Source of the DNA: Chrysomallon squamiferum
Taxonomy: Eukaryota > Animalia > Mollusca
DNA: 64,000 bases
Direction: 5' to 3'
Assembly: GCA_012295275.1 (NCBI GenBank)
Contig: CM022673.1
Location: forward strand, 22,258,001 to 22,322,000
The notes under the pieces were generated by a model. The model searched no databases. It worked only from the letters and a program-made list of their open reading frames with translations, and was not told the origin of the DNA. Positions within the stretch are counted from its first letter, which is position 1. Every line of letters begins with the position of its first letter. Positions 44,660 through 55,127 of the stretch are shown piece after piece. A program made the position numbers and the translations under genes.

Positions 44660-45038
44660 GCACGTACATATTTGCGCGTTTCCTAACACTCGTAACGTAT
44701 ACGTTCATGTACAAAACGAAACAAAATTTAAGTACTACGAGGAGACAGTCGACACATATATTGTTAATGCTACTCAAATAATTTTACAAGTTTTCTTAGT
44801 AACATTTTCAAATTTTAGTTTTAACTGACGCGTAATGTAGCGTGCCGCTTTTCACAGTCAATATTAGCCGACCTCAGATGACCCCCTTTAAAGTGACAGT
44901 ACTGAAAAAAAGTTTGTACTCACACGAATGAAGACATTCTACAATGGTGGTGGCGTCGATGAGGTAACCCCCGCACAACGCACACAGCAAGTGAGGATTC
45001 AGTTCAGTGATCCGCATGCGCGAATGTTGACAAGTCAT
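22904..45038 (-). CDS. BMI1: Polycomb group RING finger protein, BMI1/PCGF2-4/Psc family (spliced CDS: 45038-44924, 29791-29695, 28514-28459, 28265-28218, 26873-26786, 25298-25262, 24833-24735, 24183-24103, 23689-22904; 468 aa)
   Basis: Manual splicing gives [99 protein letters not shown]... (C3HC4 RING very close to BMI1), then a RAWUL domain ([23 protein letters not shown]...[35 protein letters not shown]) and an acidic tail. All introns are GT-AG and all phases are compatible. The symbol means BMI1-like; one-to-one orthology is not tested. Confidence 0.96.
23762..23852. repeat. (AAT)n microsatellite in the last intron near the acceptor
   Basis: Direct reading. Confidence 0.97.
24103..24183 (-). 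CDS. BMI1: BMI1-like exon [27 protein letters not shown]
   Basis: 81 bp, atttcag| ... CGG|gtatgg; matches [27 protein letters not shown]. Confidence 0.97.
24283..24420. repeat. (AG)n microsatellite, intronic
   Basis: Direct reading. Confidence 0.97.
24735..24833 (-). CDS. BMI1: BMI1-like exon [33 protein letters not shown]
   Basis: 99 bp, ttctgtag| ... CAG|gtaaac; RAWUL, matches [23 protein letters not shown]. Confidence 0.96.
25262..25298 (-). CDS. BMI1: BMI1-like small linker exon [12 protein letters not shown]
   Basis: 37 bp, tattttcag| ... AAG|gtaata; needed to restore phase (2 to 0) between the neighbouring exons. Confidence 0.85.
26786..26873 (-). CDS. BMI1: BMI1-like exon [28 protein letters not shown]
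   Basis: 88 bp, cacatcag| ... |gtaaga; matches RAWUL start DDEIISLSIEF. Confidence 0.93.
28218..28265 (-). CDS. BMI1: BMI1-like exon [15 protein letters not shown]
   Basis: 48 bp, tctcgcag| ... |gtatat; matches EMKRRRDFY (NLS1-like KRRR). Confidence 0.95.
28459..28514 (-). CDS. BMI1: BMI1-like exon [18 protein letters not shown]
   Basis: 56 bp, tgtttcag| ... |gtgagt; matches SDKTLQDIVYKLVPGLFK. Confidence 0.96.
29695..29791 (-). CDS. BMI1: BMI1-like exon: RING C-half [33 protein letters not shown]
   Basis: 97 bp, tattttcag| ... |gtaaaa; matches BMI1 [28 protein letters not shown]. Confidence 0.97.
31574..31652. repeat. (AG)n microsatellite, intronic
   Basis: Direct reading. Confidence 0.97.
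34053..34354. repeat. Diverged tandem duplication of about 130 bp (period 173)
   Basis: atttatagtcagttc...tatagtccattttaaagtta...tgacccgttt...atattcaaga at 34053 and 34226. Confidence 0.85.
35850..36165. repeat. Degenerate 40-bp minisatellite (ttaattgctttgataacatttcaatgcatttggaaacg)
   Basis: Several diverged copies of gataaca..tca.tgcatttggaaa. Confidence 0.8.
36801..37488. mobile_element. Non-autonomous TIR DNA transposon, Sola-like (GRG termini, 4-bp TSD)
   Basis: TIR gggtcattccgtgtcaaatca / gagtcattccatgtcaaatca, imperfect inverted similarity over about 110 bp, ATAA duplicated on both sides, TGACCT arrays and an internal trinucleotide microsatellite. Confidence 0.8.
41507..41584. repeat. 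(AG)n microsatellite, intronic
   Basis: Direct reading. Confidence 0.97.
43956..44043. repeat. (CT)n microsatellite, intronic
   Basis: Direct reading. Confidence 0.97.
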
Positions 45039-45041
45039 TTT
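44924..45041 (-). CDS. BMI1: BMI1-like exon: RING N-half (K)[38 protein letters not shown]
   Basis: Acceptor ttcttttttattctttcag|AAAATG, donor T|gtgagt; matches BMI1 [29 protein letters not shown]. Confidence 0.97.
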
Positions 45042-45682
45042 CTGAAAGAATAAAAAAGAAAATGCTAAAAACAGAAATTATCTGCAAATAAATGCGAATG
45101 AAAGGTTGATAGGCAGACAGAAAAATAGGTAGATCTGAGTGTATATCATGTTGGTATACGTTTATATGCATATGCATACATGTGTCCGCACGCGTAAATT
45201 TAATGTGACCTTTACATCGTCGAATCAAAGCAACAACAACAACGTACCTTCAAAGTATCCGTTACTGTTACTATATCAGTATATGACACAGACTAACAAT
45301 AAAAGGATTGAAATTATACAATCCGAACGAAAACAGAATTACAACGATAAAATGTCGACGCATATAAATTACATTGTCTAAATTTAATGTGAAATCGACA
45401 CGTCGACATCCACTGTTATGCTTGTTACATAAGATACTGTGACTATACAAAGAAAAATATGTCGCATATATAATTATATTCAAATAAATCCACATTCATT
45501 TAAAACGAAACAGACATACAGAGATCGGCAGGACTTGCATTTCAAATGTTAAGTCAGAGGAAAATTCTGTAATAATGAAAATATGATTAAAACCTCCAAA
45601 CGTAGGAATTTCCCTTATGTTGTATCTATGAATTAACTAATTTTAGTCAAAACTAAAAAGGAGAAAGTAGTTCAGTGATGCA

Positions 45683-45716
<34 letters not shown>

Positions 45717-46027
45717 ATAAATTTAATGATATAACAGCTGTAATTTAATCTTTGCGTTTAAACAAATTCAGATTCAGAAACTATTATGCAATGGCAAGTT
45801 CACTTACTATCACTATCAGAACGAACATGCAGCTAACGTTAATGTCGTAGGTAATATGAACTAAATAAAAATCTAGCCAATACAACAGTACAAGTGAGGG
45901 CCAACATTGTGCTAGATCAATATAATTTAAATATATTTTTTGTTATTTAAAACAGGGCGGATGGAGAATAATGACACGGATTCTGGGGCCCTCTTCCCTG
46001 ATGTGTATAACGAGCTGGTGATATCCG

Positions 46028-46037
46028 GTGACGTCAC
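46028..46037. promoter_or_regulatory. Perfect CRE GTGACGTCAC
   Basis: 10-bp palindrome in the presumed first intron; a second TGACGTCA at 94-101. Confidence 0.35.
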
Positions 46038-46566
46038 AGTCAATCAGGGCAACAAGAGCATAGTAATATAGACAGGCTATATTGGGATATGACAAAACAC
46101 AAGTGATAAATTCTGCTTTTGATATATTCGGTTACCGAACACCAAACATCAGGATTCAGGTAAACTAGAATCGAACTACCAAATTAAATATGAGTAATAC
46201 TGTTAAATAGCTATAGAACTGATTAAACAACAGGTCAGTATGAAGCTTCTATTATAGTGTGTTTCTGATTTTTTTCGTGCTAGTTCTTGCTAAATAAAAA
46301 AGTATGATTATAATGAAACAACGATCACCAAGGTTGTCATTAATCTTTGTTCTGAATGTACTGACAAGCTTTTTTGTAGACGGTAAGAAAATATGAATGA
46401 TACGGAAATGATTTACTCACTATGCTGAATAAATTACTAGCTAGTATGCTACATCTTCACTTTGTTGCTTGTTTATGTTGGCTTTCACAGTTTAATGACA
46501 ATGTTGGCACACTATTTTTATATACTTTTTAAACGTATTATTATTATTATTATTATACTTTTAGAA

Positions 46567-46837
46567 GAGACTTGGGCAACCTTTTCCGAGAAGCGGGCCA
46601 CATGAGACATGGCTCATCCTCAGGTGGGCCGCAGGTACTAATTTAGGCGATTTTGTGTTTTTACGTAGAGTTTATTTTAAGAAATTTCATTTTCTTCTGG
46701 AATTGTTATAATAAAAAAAATACATGTGTTTTACAATATTAGTAGATATTTTATAAAATTTGAATTAACGTTATTTTCCTTGTGAAATTAGGCGGGCCAC
46801 TCCGAAAGCCGAGCGGGCCGCAGTTTGGGTACGAAAG
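46567..46837. mobile_element. Degraded hAT (Charlie-like) MITE
   Basis: 8-bp TSD TTTTAGAA (46559-46566, 46838-46845); gggcaacctttt start and repeated gcgggcc(a/g)c motifs ending gcgggccgcagtttgg; termini eroded. Confidence 0.7.
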
Positions 46838-47792
46838 TTTTAGAACAATCTAATAACTGAAATTTAAAATCAGAAATGCAAGTATTTTCTTTTAATTATG
46901 ATTATTATTTTATTTAAATTTTATTATTCATTTTATTTTAAATACATTTAAGATATAAACTGCAATACTGATAAAAAAATCGAAAATTATTAGAATCTAA
47001 AATTTAATACTCTGGTTTTAAAATAAATATATACTGCAAGTCTGTAATAAATGTACACTGCAGTTATATAACATAAATTAATAGTAACATCTATAAACGG
47101 TAATTATATAACAAATATACATTGATAATACATCTATAAACGGTAAATAACAGGAGTTTGTTTGATTAAATTTTTCAAATATAACAAATATACACTGATA
47201 GTGATAATAACAAACCGTCTATCGCACAGATTTAGAGAGATGCTAAAAACAAAAAATCTTTCGTGATAAACAAATTCACAACACAAGAAAATGTATGGGA
47301 TTCCTCTCTAGTAGAAGTGGCAATAAATCGCACCAACTCTCCTCTTGTTTGTTCAAGCGTGAAACTAATGTCCAGAAGGAAGTGCATTCTTTCAGTGCAG
47401 CATCGTGTGTACAAAGTCTTAGGCTAAACTCAAGTAGTGTATCTTTTCATTAACATTCAAGTCATATTTTTTGTTTTTCTTAAGCCTTACTTTTTTCTTC
47501 TAAAGTTGTAAATCTGTAGTCAGTCCATCTCGCTGTCAGTTCTGCAAGGGACTACATACACATAAATATTCTAAGTATCTAATTGTGAATCATTTCAGTT
47601 TATTAATTCATTCACAGCTGATGCACACATTATCATTCTATTGATAGTTTCTTCTTATTTTCATATCTGCCACATGTGAATTAAATCACTGTGCTTCTAT
47701 CATGGTTAAACTGAGAACCTAATATCGTTGCTTTTTGCATCGATCCAAGTTTCTTTTAAGAAAATCATATATATTCGGTCTGTGAGTCTGTT

Positions 47793-47896
<104 letters not shown>

Positions 47897-48969
47897 AAAC
47901 ATGAGGTTTCATATTTCGTATAAGTATTATCATACAAGTTCATTAACTGTACCTTGTACAAAAATATCTACGTACATATTATCTATCTGTAAGCCAGCAA
48001 TTGTGAGTTTTGTGCAAAAAATATTCAAGACTAGTTCTGTCAGTAAGGTTTCAGTTTCAACTCGCTAAGATAGTTTTCTGCATTCATGTTGGCAGTCTAA
48101 AGTTTAAATTTAATTCAGTGAACATAATCATCTATTCAGAAAGTTTTAAGTATATGTATTTACTTACACGACTTCAGTTTCAGCTTACAATATACGTTCA
48201 TTTAATACATCTTGTACATATCGAAGCTGAAAGTTTAAAATTCCTGTAACTCGCATCCAGCATTATATACATTGTGTGTATAATCAACCATGTAAAACAT
48301 TACCAGTTTAAAAAGTTATTTTCCACTTTACTAAATTAATTCAGTGTATGTTGTGATTTTATCCAGATAAACAGGTTAAAGTCTAAATGTCAGCGTTATT
48401 GATTCATTAGCATTACAAAGGCATTCACGTCAAAGGTTTAAAGTTTCCAGTTGAAAACAGCTGAATTTCAATTTTCAGTAATCATAAATTAACTGAGTGC
48501 AGCGAGGGCATTTTAAGTATTAAATAATTCATTCGTGTGTTAGTGCAAAGCTAATAAAATTTAATACAACATTTCCCATACAAAGGTTATAACTGGTGAA
48601 AATAACTCGTTTAAAAGAAAACTCACCTTTTTTACATCCCAACACTCTCCATTTAGCATTAAATGTTTTCCATGTTGCAATTATACTCCTCAGAACGAAT
48701 TTCACATAATCATATACGCACACGTATAACATTACCTTTTCAGCAAGATGAATGTTTAGTCCACAGTGAAGAGAAAATATTGCAGTTGAAAAAAAAAAAA
48801 AAAAGAATCTGAAAATAAGCACTGAAGTTTTCCCACGTTATAGATACACATCCATGAAATACACGATATCAAAGTCCTACTTATTCCGATAACACGAACA
48901 ACTGAGATGAACAGAACACCACAAACTCAAACTGTAGCAAAACACTTACAGAGTACGAATTCACCTCAC

Positions 48970-49062
48970 CGTGTTTTCACATCCCTCTAGTAGCCTGTAA
49001 ATAGCTTCACAGTATCGTAAGAGTTCCTCAGTTTGACTTCCAGCCGCCAAAACCTCGTCCAT
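48970..49062 (-). CDS. BMI1: Probable first coding exon of the BMI1-like gene (MDEVLAAGSQTEELLRYCEAIYRLLEGCENT)
   Basis: ATG in strong context (gaaATGG), 31 open codons, donor ACG|gtgagg in phase 0. The next exon begins AAA ATG, so the join is in frame. An in-frame TGA lies upstream (49084-49086) and the exon sits in a CpG-rich block. Confidence 0.65.
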
Positions 49063-49330
49063 TTCACTGACGGCTTTCAGCGATCACTGGTCGCATCAGA
49101 CGAGCGGAGCAGACGACCTACCGGCTTCATTACGTCGACCGCTTTTTCAAGCGTGCTACGCGCGAGGGTGGAGATGTGTGGTGTTTGACAGTTCATCTGA
49201 CAAAATAAACGCCCCACTCGAAGATAATCCGTGTCCCTTGCGGTATTCACGTCGGTCGATACGGGGTTGAAAGAAAGGGTACTGCTTGATCATACGAAAT
49301 AGAATAGCCGAGTTCGATTGTACTTTTAAA
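49063..49330 (-). promoter_or_regulatory. CpG-rich putative promoter/5'UTR of the BMI1-like gene
   Basis: Dense CpGs directly upstream of the candidate first coding exon, against an AT-rich background. Confidence 0.55.
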
Positions 49331-50186
49331 GTAAATTGGGTACTATTCACGTATAACTATCAATTAAATATCGGAGCTGGACTAATAAAATGTGCGTACA
49401 TGCGTGTATTTAACTGTGCATGCTTACCTTATTGCAGTTTAAGCACATAATTTTGTCTTAAGCTCGAATATTATTGAGTCTTAACATTCGATTGCTCTCA
49501 GAACCTTTTTTATAATTTATAAATGAAATAAAATAAATAATGAAAAATATATATCAATATTTTAAATTTTATTTAATTTAATATTATTTTTTTATTTTTT
49601 TATTTTTTTATTTTTATTTTTTTATTATTTCTTTCTTTCTTTATTTTTTATTTTTTTTTTTTTATTTTTTATTTTTTTTTATTTTTTTTTATTTTAGGAA
49701 AGCATTAAGAAGGTTAAACAACCCATAAATTATTTTTATCGAAAAAATATTTAAATGGAATCGACGACTTGTTATATTTCATTACACACAGGATGTGCCA
49801 AATAACTTTTCAAGACAGGAATTTTTTCATACTTAAGTTAATGGGGGAAGTTTGCACAGTTATTTTTAAAAATGTTTATTTCATAGAACCCATGGTTTTA
49901 CAGTATTAAGTTCGAAGCAGTTTAACATCATGTTTAACACCTGTCACGTATTTTCACGTAAAACTCTCCGTGATTACCTCCCATCCGTCATATGTTTATT
50001 TGTCATACAGTTTATAACAACACACGTCAAGGTTTGGTGCACACTTAATCCTCTGCCCATAACCCACACTGTTGTATATTGTATGTCTACCGACAATAAC
50101 TAAATGAAAGAAAGGTTTATAATTATTTAAACATTTTATTTCATCCATATAACTTGATCACTTATGTTTCAGTAGACAGCCTACAG

Positions 50187-50478
50187 CATAGGTTTTCACA
50201 CTGGGGGTCACCAGCCTTTTTGCTGGGGATCGCGAAATCGTTCTTCAGCAAGGGTATGTTTTAACTTTTTTCAACTTGACTTGGAAGGAGGAGTAAATAA
50301 AAACGTGTCGATAGGTTTGTGACCCGTCACAGTGAATATAGATTCCTTTTGTACTCTCTTTGGTTGATGAAAATATGATATCCCTAGATATTACTGAATA
50401 AATTTTTTTAAAGATGGTCATTGGTCATACTGAGTTGCTCATAAGGGGTCATGGTATGAAAAAGGTTGAAAACCAGCG
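50187..50478. mobile_element. hAT (Charlie-like) MITE
   Basis: Exact 8-bp TSD GCCTACAG (50179-50186, 50479-50486); termini cataggttttcaca / ggttgaaaaccagcg; ggggtc subterminal motifs. Confidence 0.85.
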
Positions 50479-50489
50479 GCCTACAGCAT

Positions 50490-50837
50490 CTAAGAACTGA
50501 AGGGGCGTCTTGACTCTCTGCTGCAATTGATGCAGATGTTGTTGGTGCGTTGCTCATTGGCCTCATGGTGGTTCCAGAGCGGCATGGGGAAACGAACATC
50601 ATCATCAATCCAGTTGACGACCATGTAGTCATTGAACTCTTGGGCACGAGGAACATTTGGTGTCGAGTCCATGGTTTCAATCCATGCGTACTGAATTTTG
50701 TCTTGTGGAAGTAGAGCTTGTCCGGCAGCCCTACGGATCCACTGTGAAAACTTGTCTGCTTCAAAGTCCTTCTCCACATAACTGAGTAACCATGAACAAA
50801 TGCTGCCCATCGCCAAGACTAGTTGATTATTCCCCAA
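50490..50837 (-). mobile_element. MULE/Mutator-like transposase C-terminal fragment (pseudogene)
   Basis: WIRRAAGQALLPQDKIQYAW...EFNDYMVVNWI...FPMPLWNHHE...RTNN follows the typical MULE C-terminal ALxxLP...FxDY...W...LWN...RTNN pattern; truncated at both ends. Confidence 0.8.
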
Positions 50838-51838
50838 ACACGGGTACCAAGCTTACTTACTGCTTGACTGCTTTCCAAATTGTATGATTATTGATTATAT
50901 AACTTTTGGCAGGATACCTTCTCCGTGACATTTGAAAACTTGTCATAAAACAATAATGTACGCGTTGAATCTTTCTCTTTTGTTTTAAACAGAATTTTTT
51001 TCTAAAGAATGTTTAATAAATTAAAATATCACAAACTTTCGTGTGTTTCTCTGTGTTTGTATGTGTGCATGTGTGAGAGAGTGAGAGTTAGCTGCACAGG
51101 TGGTTATAGATATCGATATAGGTATTTTTCCTTTACAAACACATACAAAAGAAAAGAAAAAAAAGAAAATGTAACCAAAAAAATAATCAGTTTAAAAAAC
51201 CGGAAATAAATGTAGACATACCTGGATATTTCATCAAATTTCTAATTTCTGAAAGAAAGAATTCACGACCCCAGCTACAAGAGTTATTTTACAATTTAAC
51301 AGACAGCTCTCTTTATGTGCATTTTTCCCACAGTTAGAAATGCGCATTTCTCGACTTTTAACCCGAACTTTCACGAAGTAATAACTACAACGGAAACAGA
51401 TACTATATCTTCTCTCATTTTCTTTTTTAACACATTTTAAAAAATGTATTATTCAGAAAATGAAAGAGCAATACCTGTACATAAATTTTTTGCAGAAACA
51501 ACAATACAGTCACTGTTATATTTCTTGCACAAGGCAATAAAGAAACAAAAAAACAAAACTCTCTGAAGTCATTTATCATGAAACAGACATTTCAGCTATA
51601 AACACCGGAAGTACATAGTACGACAAAGAAACCGATATTGGGACGTAAGGAAAAAAATAATAAATAGAAAAGAATAAAAAAAGAAAATAAAAGAAAGAAA
51701 AGGCCGAAACAAAGTAGTAAAGAAAGAAAACAACAATAACAACACACACACGCATTTCTTATTTAATAACATATTATATAACCAGTAAATCAGTTTTCTT
51801 AATTTAAATATGACTTGGTATCTCAAGATAATTTAAAA

Positions 51839-51883
<45 letters not shown>

Positions 51884-52376
51884 AATAAATAAACAGAAAG
51901 AAAGAAAGAAAAATGAAAACAGCGTTATTTAATCTGAAAAAATTCACATCAGTTTGCGTTACTAAAGGCGCGCACTCACTAAATTATTTCCAATGACTAT
52001 TATGCCAGTGGTTTATTTCTTTGAGTGTGTGATACATTAAAATTTCTAAGAGCGCATCTTCGGTATACGAATAACTAACTACTTTCAGCTGCACGTTCAA
52101 CATAATATACATAACGGATTATTCATAAAAACAAAGGAAAACTAATATTAATTATTCATTTAATGCAGTATAATTCGACATTTCGATAACTCAGAAATAA
52201 TGATGAAAATGATGATGTTTTTGTTGCTGTATTTGAAAGTGTAAAACTAGAAAGAAATGTGTAATTATTTTGTACTTGATTATTAAACCAGGAAATCGTT
52301 TTTCAGGAAATAACGATTCAAAAATTATTTTTCCAAAGAGGTTTAAGTTTTCATTATTCACATTTTATTTGTATTT

Positions 52377-52441
<65 letters not shown>

Positions 52442-53040
52442 TTTATTACATATAATTCATTTAATTTTGGTACTAAACGTTTTCGGAATGATTTGCTACA
52501 AATTAGTGCCATGATGGATTTTCTTTTTTGCTGATACATTTAAATATCTATCTATCTATCTATCTATCTATATATATATATATATATAATAATGAAATGC
52601 GTTTTATATTGAAATACCCTTGGACAATAATAAAGATTCTCTCCTTTCTTTCTCATATTCTCAATCTGTTCCTGATCATGGAAAAAGTGACAAATCTTAA
52701 CGGTGCAATGAATTTCCGTAAAGGAAGATTACTAACGTTTTTAATCGACAGCGAAATAAATCGAATTTCTTTCACAGCTGTTTTAAGTTATTTCAGCAAG
52801 CCGTTGGAGATCGATCGATAGAACACCTGGGGGATGGAAACCCCTCCAAGAATCAATTTCGGTCAACTCCAGATAGGCACGAGCATGATGATCATGTATC
52901 CGAGCGCGTGACGAGCACGTGCAAAAACCTCATTAAAAGTAATACAAAAAGCAATGGCTGTGGGTCTGGCGAAATGTCTTTATAGCTACATATCCCCTGA
53001 GATAGCGAAAAGCACGAATGATATTAACAGCTGGGATTTC

Positions 53041-53146
<106 letters not shown>

Positions 53147-53936
53147 CAGCGGGAAACGAATGAATGTTAAAAGTAATCACAGAGCCAAACGTTATTGCGT
53201 GTCAGTACTTCAGTGAGTGTAGGTTTCTTTTAACATCCAGTTTATAGTTACCAAAATATATGACAGGTTTTTACAGTGTAAGTAAAGACATAGTATTAAT
53301 CACAGCTGATAATGACGATAATATTAAGTTTTAGGAACACTACAGCCATAACAGCTTCACATTCGTTATTATTATTTATATTATTACTGATGATGATGTA
53401 ATGACGATGATGATGATAATAATAATGAAAACGTAGGGTATGAACGAAGTGGTTGGAGTTTTTGAAATGAAAGTGAAATATGTTTTTAACAGATATATTT
53501 CATTTCTTGTCTTTTTAGGTGAACACTTGAGACGTCTCAATTTAACTGGTTTTCTTATTTCAAAAGAAGACATTATTCACTTGTACATATAGATAATGTT
53601 TTTGTTTTTTTTTGTTTTTCTGTTTCGTTTTTTTTAGCAGAGGTAGTATAATAATAACAACAACAATAATAATAATAATAATAATAATAATATCACTATA
53701 CGTGCGTGAGTACGTGTGTATACATGTGTGTGTGTTACAATGCGTTAGTAAAATCATTTAAGGAGAAGAAGAAGAAAAGAACACGAAACAAATAGCTCAC
53801 ATTCTATGAAATATCAAAGTGAACTTGGGCGGTGTGGTTTGTTAACATGATGTTGAAACTTAGATTTATTCGCCAAGTGCTGCTATCAGGAGGAAATGTT
53901 GTAACTCATTCAGCAAACCAACACATAGCTGAACAC

Positions 53937-53953
53937 AGGTCAAACTGAGGTCA
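53937..53953 (+). promoter_or_regulatory. Nuclear-receptor DR5 element AGGTCA-aactg-AGGTCA
   Basis: Two perfect half-sites with a 5-nt spacer. Confidence 0.5.
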
Positions 53954-54045
53954 AATAAATATGTGAGCTGTGTTTGAAAACTGATGATAATAATAAAGTC
54001 AGTGCCATGTTAACAGTGTTAATCAAATAAATTTAACACGGTTCC

Positions 54046-54098
<53 letters not shown>

Positions 54099-54718
54099 CA
54101 TATATCTGTCTCTTTTCAGCCTCTATCATGGATTTAATCCAATGCTTTATATTAACATACGACCAAAAGAAAAGAAATAAAATTAATTTCAACCTCCACT
54201 AATTTCGTTCATGTATTTAATATTAATAAAAAAACAACGAATACACTCATCTGTCAGGGCTCGAGGATGCTGTCCAATATTAAAACCAGTTTCTTTGTTG
54301 CTGCACGGCATTTCCGTGTCCGATACCATTCGACATGTACCGCATCAACCACACGTTATTATTATTATTATTGAAGAAAAACAGAAAGAAAAACAGAAAA
54401 AGAATGAAAAGAACAAGCGAATAAGGCGCAGGTCAGGAAAGCGAAACACAACATTGAGACGTATTTCCCACTTTTTGTCGATCGATACGCACGTGTATAA
54501 AACGTAAACTAATTTTATAATTAATTTATTTTATCTTGAAATTATATCCCCCACACCTCTCCTATTTAAATCCTTGATCCGCCACTGATAATAAATGAGA
54601 GAAAGAAATATTTTTGCGGAAACACGGCAACGATGTACGTTGAAGAATTCCTAATAACATCCCAACGAAACTCCCCGCAGGCGAGAAATTAACATTTGAC
54701 GTTAGCGTTCGTGACCGT

Positions 54719-54832
54719 CCATAAATCAACGGCATGCATGAGTGACCGTGTCTAACCCCGGAGGTATTCTTTTGATAGGCCGTAACCTTCAAGAGGCTGG
54801 GTGTCGCTATGATTGCAAGCAATGATTGACAG
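54719..54832. promoter_or_regulatory. Pbx-Hox (TGATTTATGG, minus strand) and Pbx-Meis (TGATTGACAG) composite sites
   Basis: Exact 10-mer matches at 54719-54728 and 54823-54832 in a CpG-rich block. Confidence 0.5.
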
Positions 54833-55089
54833 GAGTCGATTTCATTTCTCATATTGATTCGCTCGTACTGACATTGGTAATCCCGCAACAAAAGTGAATG
54901 AAACTGGACTTTTGTTATTTCTTCAGCGTTAATGCAGATGGGAATTATTAATAGCAGTTATTACTATGGTGACAGCATGTCTCCGGTTTTTCTTTTGTTT
55001 TTTTTGTTGTTTTGGGGGGGTTTTGGGGGTTTTTTTATGCGGTGGTTTGCATATTATTTTATATTTCCTTGTTTGTTATTATTAATATT

Positions 55090-55127
<38 letters not shown>

